Positions 20,497-30,874 of a stretch of DNA of 64,000 bases are shown piece by piece (the first letter of the stretch is position 1; each line of letters starts with the position of its first letter). Made by a program: the position numbers and the translations under genes. The stretch comes from an uncultured Acidimicrobiales bacterium (GTDB lineage: Bacteria > Actinomycetota > Acidimicrobiia > Acidimicrobiales > UBA10347): NCBI GenBank assembly GCA_943788915.1, contig CALSSD010000001.1, positions 1 to 64,000 of the forward strand, read 5' to 3'. Below the pieces are notes generated by a model that was given only the letters and a program-made list of their open reading frames with translations, was not told the origin of the DNA and searched no databases.

Positions 20497-20527
20497 CCGC
20501 CGCACCACATCGGCTCACGCCTGTTAG

Positions 20528-22184
20528 TCAACTGTTGTCGAATTCGATGCCTCGGTAGTTGTCGGCAGCCGACTCGGTGATGATCGTGGTGTACTTGGGC
20601 CCGCCGCCGTTGTAGACGTTGTAGCGCATGTTGCCGTACTCGTGACCGTCGAGATTTGAGTTGTATCCGGTGATCCAACCCTTCGACTTACGCACCAGTA
20701 GCGGCTCATACATGGCCACGACATGGTCAAACCATTCCTTCTCGGCCTCGGCTGTGGCCTCGAACCGAGTATGACCCTTCTCCCACACGTGTTCGAGCAG
20801 CGGTGTTGTCCAGTTGATCGAGGTCTCGACCGCTCGGGGAAAGTTCGTTGCGGCGATCTGGGGTCCGGCGAGAATGGCCAGGTTGGGAAAGCCGTGTACG
20901 AGGAGCCCCATGTAGGTGACGGGTCCATGGGACCATTTGTCACGCAGCTTCTGACCACCAACACCGGTGATGTCCATCTTGTCGAACGCCCCGGTGAAGG
21001 CATCGAAACCAGTGGCGTAGACAATGACATCGAAGTCGAACTCATCGGCCGACGTGCGCAACCCGGTCGCCGTGATCTGTTCAATCGGGGTCTCGGCAGA
21101 ATCGACCAGGGTGACGTTGTCTCGGTTATACGTCTCGAAGTAGTTGGTCTCAAGCGGAAGCCGCTGGACGCCAAAACCATGATCCTTCGGGATAAGCCTT
21201 TCCGCTAATTCGGGATCGTCGACCCGCTGGCGGATGCGATCAGCCACGTACTCGCAGACCTCGGCGTTGGCTTCTTCGTCCATGAAGATCTCAATGAAAT
21301 TCTGTAGCCACAACGCAAAACCAGGCTCGTCATAGAGCTGATCCCAGAGCGCGATCCGCTCCTCGCGTGGCACGTTGAAGAAACCCCGCCGATCTGGCGT
21401 GTGTTCGAAGCCACCAGGTGACCGGGCGCACTGCTCAAAGATGTCGTCGTAACGACTACGGATGTCGGCCATCTCTTCGTTGGAGATCGGACCATTACCC
21501 AACGGCACAGCCCAGTTCGGCCGACGCTGAAACACCGTCAGATGTTCGGCTTCCTTAGCAACCTCGGGGATGAGTTGGATGGCGGTGGCACCGGTGCCGA
21601 TCACAGCGACTCGTTTGCCCGTCAAATCGGGAGCAGGATCTGGCCATTCGAACGGATGAAACGACTCACCTTGGAAGTCGTCCATGCCTTCGAAACGGGG
21701 CAGCGTGGGCACCGACAACACGCCGATCGCAGCCATGACGAACCGACAGGTCAGGGTGCGGCCATCGCGCAACGAGAGTCGCCACACGTGGGCATCTTCG
21801 TCGAAGTCCATAGCGTCGACGTAACAGTCGAATTGCATGTGTTTACGGAGATCGAACTTGTCGGCAACGATAGTTCAGATACTTGAGCGTCTCAGGCTGA
21901 GGCGAGAAACGTTCGGTCCAATGCCACTCGTCGAGCAACTCCTTGCTGAACGAGTAACCGTAGGTGTAACTCTCGGAGTCGAATCGGGCGCCCGGATACC
22001 GGTTCTTAAACCAGGTGCCACCCAAGTCGCTATTGGCCTCGAGCACCGTGGCGTTGACCCCAAGGTCGGTCAGCCGCTTGATCTGATAGATACCGGCCAC
22101 ACCCCCGCCAATCACGATCACTTCGTAGTCGAGCATGGCCTGATCATGGCCCGTGCTCTGGGGTGACACCATCTGATCCGTCAT
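20528..22184 (-). CDS. Baeyer-Villiger monooxygenase (cyclohexanone/phenylacetone/steroid type), frameshift near 21865
   Basis: GGGVAG and GGTWFKNRYPGARFDSES in 21843..22184; F.GESFHPFEWP, GTGATA, ATGF in 20528..21838. Confidence 0.85.
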
Positions 22185-22291
22185 CGCAGCTCCTCGTGTC
22201 GGCGGCGCTGTTCAGCTAGCGACGCCGGTCTGTACTTCCACCCTACGAAGTGCGCGGGCTTCCTCTCAAACCGGGCGCCACAATCATTTTC

Positions 22292-23497
22292 CTACGTGGC
22301 AGCTGAAGTCAGCCGTAGCTCGATCGGGTCGCGCTCGAGGCCAAGCATGGTCGCAGCTCCCGTGGCAGATATGGCGGCAACAATCAAGATTGGCACGGTT
22401 TGTGTCGCTACCGCATCAGCGACGAATCCAACTGCGGCGGGCAGGATCAGGCTTCCGACTGCGCCCGTTAAAAAGACCCATCCCATCACCGACCCAAGGC
22501 CCCGGACCCCGAAGAGGTGTGCAGTCACGAGAGGCAGCAACGCAACGAACCCGCCATAGGCAACACCAAGAACGAGCACGAAGACAACCAAACCACCGAC
22601 CCGGCCATCAGCTAGCCACCAGATCACGAAGGCGAGCGGTTGAACGAGGAAGGAAAGCTGAAGCATCCGCACCGGCCCAAGGCGGTTCGCGAACCCTGTC
22701 AGAAACAGTCGGCCGACAATGCTTGATCCGCCAACGAGCCCAACAAGCAAAGCTGCTGTCCCCGAGGACACACCCCGGTCGGTGGCAAACGGCACGATGA
22801 AGGCGAAGGCCGCCAGCATCGAACCTTGCTGCAGCACTGCGCATATACCGAGACGACGAAATGCAGGCGTTGCGAGCACTTCGCGGAGATGATCGGATCC
22901 TGCAGGTGGCGGTTCGATTGGTGGACGCTTGACGAAGATCCCTCCCAAAAAGAAGGTGACTGCAGCCAAGATCGCCAAGATAACAAACGCCTGCCGCCAG
23001 CCCTGCTGGTCAATAATGCGCCCGACGACCGGAACAAGAATCAACGTGCCGATGCCGCTCCCGGTAGCCACGACCCCCTGCGCTATTCCTCGGTGCCGGT
23101 CGAACCAGCCCGCCGCCATTGCGAACAACGACGAGTTGAACAGCCCGCCTCCAAGCCCGGCGCCAATTCCACAGGTGAAATACCCCTGCCATAGGGCACC
23201 AACCTTCGACGTGGCGTAGAGGCCCATGGCGAACATCGCACCGCCCGCCCAGATCAGCGGCCTCGCTCCCCAACGGTCGGCAAGGCCACCGGTGACAGCG
23301 CCCGTGCCGAAGAAGAGGAACGCGGTGATCCCGAAGACGATCGAGACGGAACCAAGCCCTGCATCGAACTCGAGAGCCATGGCATCGAAGAACGCACCAA
23401 ATGAATAGATGGTGCCGAACGAGGTTGCGACCAGCGCAGAAGACGCAAACGCAACCCGCCATGCCTGCGCCGAATCAATCCCCTGCCCCATGCCCAT
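22292..23497 (-). CDS. MFS transporter (OFA/MCT-like)
   Basis: GGLADRWGAR, WFDRHRGIAQG, about 12 TM segments. Confidence 0.8.
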   Translation of the reverse strand: MGMGQGIDSAQAWRVAFASSALVATSFGTIYSFGAFFDAMALEFDAGLGSVSIVFGITAFLFFGTGAVTGGLADRWGARPLIWAGGAMFAMGLYATSKVGALWQGYFTCGIGAGLGGGLFNSSLFAMAAGWFDRHRGIAQGVVATGSGIGTLILVPVVGRIIDQQGWRQAFVILAILAAVTFFLGGIFVKRPPIEPPPAGSDHLREVLATPAFRRLGICAVLQQGSMLAAFAFIVPFATDRGVSSGTAALLVGLVGGSSIVGRLFLTGFANRLGPVRMLQLSFLVQPLAFVIWWLADGRVGGLVVFVLVLGVAYGGFVALLPLVTAHLFGVRGLGSVMGWVFLTGAVGSLILPAAVGFVADAVATQTVPILIVAAISATGAATMLGLERDPIELRLTSAAT

Positions 23498-23700
23498 GCC
23501 GTGACACTACCGCCGCTGAATCCAGCGACAAGAACGAGACTCGGCATCTCAGTTTCGTATCCCGGAGTGTCACCGTGTCATGTGGGAGTTCGCAAGCCGT
23601 GGCCACTCATGCGCCCCTGCCCCGGGGCTCCAGACTTACCTTCATCAGCTCCGGAACGAACAAAGCCATCGGCGTAGAACCGCATCGAGGTGATCGCTAT

Positions 23701-24858
23701 TCAGCCAGCAGGTGGCGCAACGCCGTTGGCAGCGAGGACTGCGAGAAGATCGTCTTCGGTCATACCGAGTGCTTCTGCGGCAGCTGCCACATCTGGTGGA
23801 GGCCCGCCGAGAGCATTCTGGAGTTCTTCGTTCGAAATGCCAAGCGCCTGTGCAGCCGCGGTCAGGTCGGGCGCACCACCTCCAGGGGCAGCGGCACCAG
23901 GGGCAGCGGCACCGGGAGCAGGACCACCGGGTCCGGCTTCAGTGAACTCACCCATGAGGCATCGAGAGATGTAGGGGTACTGCTCGGTGATCATGTAGGC
24001 GTACGCATCACCGACCACCGTGCCGTTGCATTCGTCGAGGTCACCCTGACCAGCGGTGTACACCCAGTCGGAGACATAGGTTCCGTCGGGGGTGGTGCCG
24101 TCGAGATCTATTGCGGCGGCGCGATAGGTGCAGTCGGTGCCGGTACGGGCATCGGTCGCCAATGCATAACTCGGTGTGTACGCGTTCGACTTGGAGTAGT
24201 AGATCAGATGTCCATCGGCTGCGAAACCAGCCAACACCAGGTCTTCATCGCTAGCAAATGCGTCGACGAGCAAGTCGGAGACGCCGTGATAGTGGTATTC
24301 GCCTGTTGGCTGCACGTGGGCGTTGTTGAAGTCCATGCCCAGGTCGAACATGTCTTGCAGGCCTTCAATGCGGTAAGACTCACCGGTCGAACACGGCACG
24401 GACTCGGCCGTTCCCGGCTCGAACTTGACGCCGTTCAGCGAAACCCCTGGCTCACGTACCACTTGTGCCTGACCGGTGAACGCAGGTTCGGTGGTCAACG
24501 TCCAGGTCTTGTCCTGGGCGGCGATGGCGTTCGGGTTCCCGCTGTTTGGGAAGTCGCCGGTCTCGTGATTCGGCAAGGTATTCGACGTAATGATGCGGGT
24601 TCCCCCGTCAACCGTGACCATCACCTGGGTGCCGAACGTTTCGTCGACCAGGGTGTACGAGCCGAGGTAGTCACCATTGGCGACCACGACCGGATCCGGC
24701 GCAGTGGCCTCGGCCCCGGATTGCGCTGCAGTCGCTTCGGCGAGCGTCTCGGTTACCACGCCGTCGTCGCTCGACCCACACGAAACGATCCCGAGCAGCA
24801 GCGCTACCGCTCCGAGCAACTGGATTGGCCTGGTGGTTCTGGTCATGAGATGACACAT
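23701..24858 (-). CDS. YHYH-domain lipoprotein
   Basis: Lipobox-like IVSC, NAHVQPTGEYHYHG, GFAADG, DLDECNG; PGAAA repeats near the C-terminus. Confidence 0.85.
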   Translation of the reverse strand: MCHLMTRTTRPIQLLGAVALLLGIVSCGSSDDGVVTETLAEATAAQSGAEATAPDPVVVANGDYLGSYTLVDETFGTQVMVTVDGGTRIITSNTLPNHETGDFPNSGNPNAIAAQDKTWTLTTEPAFTGQAQVVREPGVSLNGVKFEPGTAESVPCSTGESYRIEGLQDMFDLGMDFNNAHVQPTGEYHYHGVSDLLVDAFASDEDLVLAGFAADGHLIYYSKSNAYTPSYALATDARTGTDCTYRAAAIDLDGTTPDGTYVSDWVYTAGQGDLDECNGTVVGDAYAYMITEQYPYISRCLMGEFTEAGPGGPAPGAAAPGAAAPGGGAPDLTAAAQALGISNEELQNALGGPPPDVAAAAEALGMTEDDLLAVLAANGVAPPAG

Positions 24859-25118
24859 GTTGATCCTTCGTTAGCTGGTGGTTTATCAGCCATGGCTTCA
24901 CCTTCGCCATCAACTGCAAAGGCTGTGTAAACCGGCTGACAAAAGTGCGCTCAAACTCGATGTGGCCGATGGCACCACTTCTTGAGTGACTGGCTACTCC
25001 ACAACCCACTTACCCTCACGGCCGTGGGATCCCATGCGCTCGCCATAGGCCTTCTGGTCGTCTTTCCACTGCCTTATCGGGGAGCACTAATCGAACAACA
25101 ACAAGACGGGGGGTCACC

Positions 25119-26126
25119 ATGACCACTATTTCATCCAAACACTTCTCAGCGTTTCGCGCTGGCCTGCCGTCTATGGACGGCAAGACCGTGGTCATCACCG
25201 GCACCACATCGGGCACCGGCAAGATCGCAGCCAACACAGTGGCCGAGCTCGGCGCCAAGGTCCTGACGCTCAACCGGGCGTCTGATCGCTCGACCGCGAC
25301 GTTGGTCGAACTCAGCGCAGCACACCCCGACGCCGACCTCCATGCCGTCGAATGTGATTTGCAGTCGTTTGACTCGGTGCGAGCCGCAGCAGCACAGGTC
25401 GCCACGCTCTGCCCTGAAGGGGTCGACGTGTTAGCCAACAACGCTGGCGTTATGGCACTTGCTGACACCGCCACGGTCGACGGCTACGACATACAGATGC
25501 AGACGAATCACCTGTCGCACTTCCTGCTCACTCGCGAACTGATGCCACTACTCGAACGGGCCGCAGACACGCACGGTGAAGCCCGCATCGTCAATCACTC
25601 GAGCATCGCCCGCATGGCACCAAGCAAGGAACTCCACGCCGAACATCTCGGCAAGAACGGCGGGAACCTCGGCGGCGATGGCTCCACGATCCAGAACATG
25701 ATGTTCACCGGGCCTCGCTGGCTTCGTTACAACCAGACGAAACTCGCCAATGCAGCGTTCACTGCCGCCCTACATCGCCGTCTGCAGGTGAACGGCTCGA
25801 AGGTCAAGGCACTGGTCGCCCACCCTGGATTGGCGAACACCCACCTGCAGCAAACATCGGTCGCCGAGGGCGGCATGGGCAGTCTGTTCACCAATATCAT
25901 GATGCGCTTCAGCCAAAGTCCTGAAGACGGCACCATCGGACTACTCAGTTGCATGTGCCTGCCCGACGCCCAGTCAGGCCAGTTCTATGGGCCTGGAAGC
26001 AGCACAACTGCCATTCGGGGCAAAGCCGAACCGTTTGCGCTCGAGTCCTTCTACGACAACGACGCCACCCGCGAGCTCCTGTGGAACAAGAGCGAAACTG
26101 CCATCGGCGCCTCGTTCGATATCTGA
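25119..26126 (+). CDS. SDR oxidoreductase (retinol dehydrogenase-like)
   Basis: TGTTSGTG, NNAGVM, TNHLSHF, YNQTKLAN. Confidence 0.85.
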   Translation: MTTISSKHFSAFRAGLPSMDGKTVVITGTTSGTGKIAANTVAELGAKVLTLNRASDRSTATLVELSAAHPDADLHAVECDLQSFDSVRAAAAQVATLCPEGVDVLANNAGVMALADTATVDGYDIQMQTNHLSHFLLTRELMPLLERAADTHGEARIVNHSSIARMAPSKELHAEHLGKNGGNLGGDGSTIQNMMFTGPRWLRYNQTKLANAAFTAALHRRLQVNGSKVKALVAHPGLANTHLQQTSVAEGGMGSLFTNIMMRFSQSPEDGTIGLLSCMCLPDAQSGQFYGPGSSTTAIRGKAEPFALESFYDNDATRELLWNKSETAIGASFDI

Positions 26127-26164
26127 GACAAACCGAAGCGACCACCGCAGCTAGCGTTGACGGT

Positions 26165-27175
26165 GTGAACCAGCCCTCATCTTCGCCACTCCTGTCCGAC
26201 CGAAGTGGCGTGGCCAGGTACGGACACTTCGACAACCGGGTTGGCCCGATCCGCGCTATCGACCATGCACTGCGGTCACCGATGGGCGGCGTCGTAACCG
26301 ACGAGGAACGCGATGCCGCATTTCGTTCGTTCCAGTTCATGGGCGCGGTCGGCGAGAACATGGCCGCCGGATGCGCCGTAACCCACACCATCCACGGCGC
26401 GAGCGCCTTTGCCTATCTGTGGGCCGATGGCGTGTTCACCCAGCTGCGGCTGGCCGGCCGCGATGGCGACACCGTCGCCTTCGCAGCAGACCCCGACTAC
26501 GGAACCACGGTGCTCTCAACCGGCCGCGGCTCGGTCCACATGGAAGCCGACGGTTCGAAGAAGAAGTTGCTTGTCTCTTCACCCGACCTGTCGATTGAGC
26601 TCGAGTTCGAAGACGAAAGTGTTCTGCGACTGTGCACACCGACCGGCCCAACCGGCTGGGCCTACGTGCAGAAGGTTGCCGCAGTGCCAGCCTTCGGTTC
26701 AGCCACCACCGCCACCGCATCGGTTGATTTCACGGCAGCCGATGCGCTCGCCCATCACGACTACACCACTGGGTTCCTTCGCAGCGAAACGTGGTGGCAT
26801 TGGGCATGTGTGGCCGCCCGCCTGCCCGACGGACGCCGACTTGGGGTGAACGTTTCGTGTGGCACCAACGAGAGCGGCTTCCGAGAGAACGGTGCCTGGC
26901 TCGACGGCCAATGGCTTGAGCTTGGCGGCGCCCTCTTCGACTTCGACGCCGACCAGACCGAAGAACCGTGGGAGATCACTGGCACCGACGGACGGTTTGG
27001 TCTCCGGTTCAATGCCGGTCACGGCTACCACGCCCGCCATGAATCCGATGCGCTGAGCACCAACTTCCATCAACTCTTCGGCAGCTTCGAAGGCTGGATC
27101 ACAACCGACGACGACAAACGACTTGAGTTCGCCGCCGCTCCAGGCTTCACCGAAAGCCAATACCTGCGCTGGTAG
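26165..27175 (+). CDS. DUF2804-family protein
   Basis: GWAYVQK, DYTTGFLRSETWWHWA, ENGAWLDG, NFHQLFGSFEG, GFTESQYLRW; start taken at GTG 26165. Confidence 0.7.
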   Translation: MNQPSSSPLLSDRSGVARYGHFDNRVGPIRAIDHALRSPMGGVVTDEERDAAFRSFQFMGAVGENMAAGCAVTHTIHGASAFAYLWADGVFTQLRLAGRDGDTVAFAADPDYGTTVLSTGRGSVHMEADGSKKKLLVSSPDLSIELEFEDESVLRLCTPTGPTGWAYVQKVAAVPAFGSATTATASVDFTAADALAHHDYTTGFLRSETWWHWACVAARLPDGRRLGVNVSCGTNESGFRENGAWLDGQWLELGGALFDFDADQTEEPWEITGTDGRFGLRFNAGHGYHARHESDALSTNFHQLFGSFEGWITTDDDKRLEFAAAPGFTESQYLRW

Positions 27176-27185
27176 CCACCGTCGG

Positions 27186-27923
27186 CTACCGGCCGCCGGC
27201 CCGCATTCTCTCTTGCATATCGGCAGGCAAGCCATACGGACGTTCACGTTCACGGAGTAACGCTTCGGTTCGTGGCATGTTCTGACTGTCGGTAATGAGT
27301 CGTTTCATCATCGAGACAGTTCCCGACGAGTTCCCGGCGATCTGACCCGCAGTCTCGGCGACTGAGCCTGCCAATTCGGCAAGCGGCACCGACCGCACGG
27401 CCAAACCCATGGCAGCAGCTTCGACGCCGCTCACCCGACGAGCCGTGAAGCTGAGCTCGCGAGCCTTGGACACGCCGATTCGTTCAGGCAAGCGAACCGA
27501 CATCCCCCACACCGGCACCAGGCCCCATTGGCCGTGGGTGTCACCGATCTGGGCATCGTCAGCACAGATGATCAGGTCACATCCCAAGATCAGTTCCAAT
27601 GCGCCGGTGAAGCAGTGGCCATGCACCTGGGCAATGGTTGCCTGCGGTAACGCTTCGAGTGCGTCGATGGTCTCAGCCTGGAAGTGAGGACTCGGTGCCT
27701 TTTCACCAGCGGCGATCGAACCCAAGTCATTACCGGCACAGAACGACCGGCCAGCACCGGTCAACACCACAACTCGCACCGACTCATCGGTCGCGATGGC
27801 ATCGATGTGGTTGCGCAGCTCAACGAACGCGGTCGGGTTCATGGCGTTTAACTTGTCGGGCCGGTTGAGCGTCAGTGTGGCCACACCATCGGCATCGGAA
27901 CGGAGAACAAGATCATCACTCAT
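27186..27923 (-). CDS. Enoyl-CoA hydratase/isomerase family protein
   Basis: TLNRPDKLNAM, FCAGNDL, HGHCFTGALEL. Confidence 0.85.
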   Translation of the reverse strand: MSDDLVLRSDADGVATLTLNRPDKLNAMNPTAFVELRNHIDAIATDESVRVVVLTGAGRSFCAGNDLGSIAAGEKAPSPHFQAETIDALEALPQATIAQVHGHCFTGALELILGCDLIICADDAQIGDTHGQWGLVPVWGMSVRLPERIGVSKARELSFTARRVSGVEAAAMGLAVRSVPLAELAGSVAETAGQIAGNSSGTVSMMKRLITDSQNMPRTEALLRERERPYGLPADMQERMRAGGR

Positions 27924-27939
27924 ATTCGAACAGTAGCGA

Positions 27940-28161
27940 CTAGGCGGGTTCCTCGGTCAGGCGACGCAGTCGGTTGATGCAGGGACGCCATCGCCACACC
28001 ATGTCTTCGCCCTCTCGGCAACCGGTCACCGCAAGTCGTTTGTTGTTCAGGTACAGGTTCAACCGACCGGCGCCCTGGTCCCCGAGCACCTGGGCGCACA
28101 TTGGCCCTGACACAACTGCCGACTTATCGATGATGGTGTACCCATCGAGTGGTCCAGTCAC
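27940..28161 (-). pseudogene. Remnant of a CaiB/BaiF CoA-transferase N-terminus
   Basis: GPLDGYTIID.SAVVSGPMCAQVLGDQGA then an abrupt jump to YLNNKR and a stop; GGGGAG RBS upstream. Confidence 0.6.
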
Positions 28162-28222
28162 GTTTTGCTCCCCCGAGTCTCGAAGGAAGACAACGGTTGC
28201 AGCACCACCCGTCGAGCACGGA

Positions 28223-28261
28223 CGACGGCTTGACGTTGCTGCACCGTCGTTAACCCCTATG
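28223..28261 (+). other. Putative attL site
   Basis: CGACGG-N11-TG-CA-CCGTCGTTAACCCCTATG immediately upstream of the integrase; inner arm is the inverted copy of the right-end arm. Confidence 0.6.
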
Positions 28262-28269
28262 ATGGGTGA

Positions 28270-29675
28270 ATGGCGATAAAGACAGCATTGATCTACACAC
28301 GGGTGAGCGAAGACAAAACCGGTGAACACCGTTCCGTAGGCGAGCAGGAGGCGGCGTGTCGTGAGACATGTGTCCGCAACGGCTGGGACGTGGTCGAGGT
28401 GCTGTCTGACAACTCGATCGGGGCTTCGAGGCATTCCAGCGGCCATCGTGACGGTTGGGACAAGGTCCATGCCCGCATTGAGCGAGGCGATATCGACGTT
28501 CTCGTGGTGTGGGAGTTTTCCCGGACCGGCCGTGATCTCGGGTCGTGGGCTCGTCCTTCGCAACGCCTTGGCCGACAATGGCACTTTGTTCTGTGAAGGC
28601 GGGAAGATTTCGGACCTATCCGATAGCGCTGATCGGCTCACATTGGGCGTGAAGTCTGTCATTGCCGAAGCAGCCGCCGATGAAACCTCGGCCCGGGTCC
28701 GTAGGTCGTTGCAAGCCAACGCCGACCGGGGCAGGCCCCACGGGCGCCTACTTTTCGGATATCGACGCGTCCGTGACGACAGGACCGGCCGGCCAGTGGG
28801 CCAGGTGCCGAGACGATGAGCAGGCGGCGGTTGTGCGCCGCGTATTTGCCGAGTACAACGCCGGGTCGAGCCGCCAAGATATCGCTAACGGATTGAACGC
28901 TGAAGGCATAAAAACTGGCACCGACAAAGATTGGAGCGCACGCCGCATCGGTGACCTTTTACGCAACATCGCCTATGCCGGGCGGCGCATCCATAACGGC
29001 GAAGATTTCGCCAAGGCAGATTGGGATCCGTTAGTCGATATGGAAACCTTTCTGACCGCCCGTCGTCGCCGTGAAGCCGCTGGTGCGAACAGCACCCGTG
29101 CAACTAAAGAGGCCCGGCTTCTGAGCGGTGTGATCCGTTGCGGCGTGTGTAACGCCAAGATGTATTCCGGCGCACAGTCGGCGAAAGGCCACGCCTACCG
29201 GTGTTCGGGGGATTCGCGTTGTGTGCAACGAAGCGGGGTGCCGTGTGACGAATTGGTCACCGCCGCCTTATTGGAACGTCTAGGTTCCCACGACAACTAT
29301 GACCGACTACGGGACGACACCGAACCGTCGGCCGACGTGATTGAGGCGACCAATCGTGTCGCCGCCCTTGAAGCACAGCTTGACGATCTTGCCGTCCAGT
29401 TCGCCGCCGGTGAACTATCGGCGAAAATGCTCTCAAAGGCTGAGCAACTAGTCCTCCCCAAAATCGCTGAGGCCCGGAAGGATGCACGCCAAGCAGCGGT
29501 GCCCATCAACCTCGACATCCCCGAGTCGGGTCATGCCCATTGGTGGGACACTTTGGATCACAAATTGAGACGTGAGGTAGTCGGAGCCCTGATCGCTGCG
29601 GTTTTCGTGCACCCGGTCGGCCAAGGCCGGCGCACGTTTGATCCCTCGGCGATTTCGGTTGAATGGGCGACATGA
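28270..29675 (+). CDS. Large serine recombinase (integrase), two apparent frameshifts (about 28550 and 28805)
   Basis: YTRVS catalytic Ser motif, VWEFSRTGRD, FGYRR recombinase domain, LLSGVIRCGVC...YRC..C Zn ribbon, coiled coil. Confidence 0.9.
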
Positions 29676-30402
29676 GCGGCGAACAACGAGCCGACAGTCG
29701 CTCCCGTCCTCGCAGAGGCTTTTGGCTTTGATGCCGCCGTGGAAGCAATGCGGGAGACGGTTTCGCTGATCTCTATGACAACGCCAAGCCGTTTCAGCGG
29801 TTGATGTTGCGCGGCGCCAATCTCTCGATCTGGGAGAAAGTGTTGCGGACAAGGCAGCCACCGGAGCCGCCTGTCGTATTCAGCACTTCCACCAACGGCT
29901 TGCCAAGATGAACATGTCGGGGGCCGTGCACACGGTCACCTATCGGTGCGGCCAAGACCTCAACGGCAAGCGGTGCAACGGCCTGGTCGCCCGGGGTTTC
30001 AAGATCCTCGACGCACACCGCCGACAGCGGTGATCGTGTTTAAGGCCACCGTGGACCGCTCAACGGTTTTGTGTTCAGCCTCGATCGTGATCCCGGCAAG
30101 GACACAGGCCGGCTTCCAGACCATCGACATGTACCACGGCACCGTCGCCGACGGCCACAAAGTGGCCCAAAAGGCGGTCCTGGCCACGCTGCGGTAGGCA
30201 CGCAATCTGATTGTCGGCATAGACGAGCTCGGTCGCCAGCTCGTGGGGACCCTCGTCGGGGCTTGTGGAAGTTCGTTGACACGATAAACGCAAACTGGCA
30301 TCGGGTCTCTTCGGCGTGCTAGTTGAACTCAACTTATTAGCCCGTGCAACAGTTGCAGCCCCCGGTTTCGGACCCGGCAAACCCGTTAGGGGATTTGTCG
30401 TC

Positions 30403-30724
30403 ATGTCCGAACACCTTTCTGCCGAAGAACGCCGGCTGCGAGCCAAGATCGCAGCCCACGCTGCGCACGCGAAACACGGCTCCGCAAAACTGCTTGAAGC
30501 CGCCAATGCAAAGAACTAAGGCTAAATACGACGACCAGGTAGACCCCGACCGGGTTCTACTCGACCCGACGAACGCGCTACGGCGGGCCAAGTCCGCCCG
30601 CAGTCGCCTACATGACAACGGCTCAGCTTCCGTGCCGCTAAGAGCACGCCGTGCCACGCCGCCGCCGAAGCAGCCGGCGGCCGCAAACCCAACAAGTGGC
30701 GTTGACAACATCAACGCGTTTTGA
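30403..30724 (+). CDS. Conserved small actinobacterial mobile-element protein, several indels
   Basis: Across frames reads SAEERRLRAKIAAHAAHA...YDDQVDPDRVL...ER..RRAKSAR..YM; family recognised from memory only. Confidence 0.45.
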
Positions 30725-30739
30725 ACGAGGCGGCGAGCA

Positions 30740-30874
30740 ATGACTAGCGCCGATCTCCCCGACTCGTGGCGTGAATGGATCGCCAAGGCCGTCGCCGACG
30801 CCCCACCGCTACCCGAAGCCGCGATTCAACTACTACGGGCAAACAATTTTCCTGTACCGCCGGTGAAGCCATGA
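30740..30874 (+). CDS. 44-aa putative recombination directionality factor (phiRv1 Rv1584c-like)
   Basis: MTSADLPDSWREWIAKAVADAPPLPEAAIQLLRANNFPVPPVKP; GAGG upstream; ATGA overlap with the primase start; below the ORF-track cutoff. Confidence 0.5.
   Translation: MTSADLPDSWREWIAKAVADAPPLPEAAIQLLRANNFPVPPVKP

Noticed and set aside
23401..24930. 509-aa plus-strand ORF and similar long antisense ORFs (for example 7928..8932, 9948..10970, 43369..44346)
   Set aside because: Shadow frames of well-supported opposite-strand genes in GC-rich DNA
28540..28820. Programmed frameshifting in the integrase
   Set aside because: No clear slippery heptamer, and similar indels affect neighbouring and housekeeping genes
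29672..30300. Protein-coding gene(s) between the integrase and the small-ORF operon
   Set aside because: Only short broken frames on both strands with no recognisable motif; probably a frameshifted hypothetical, but I cannot support a call
30360..30400. c-di-GMP-I riboswitch suggested by GGCAAACCC
   Set aside because: Lacks the GNRA loop and the downstream GACGCAAA elements
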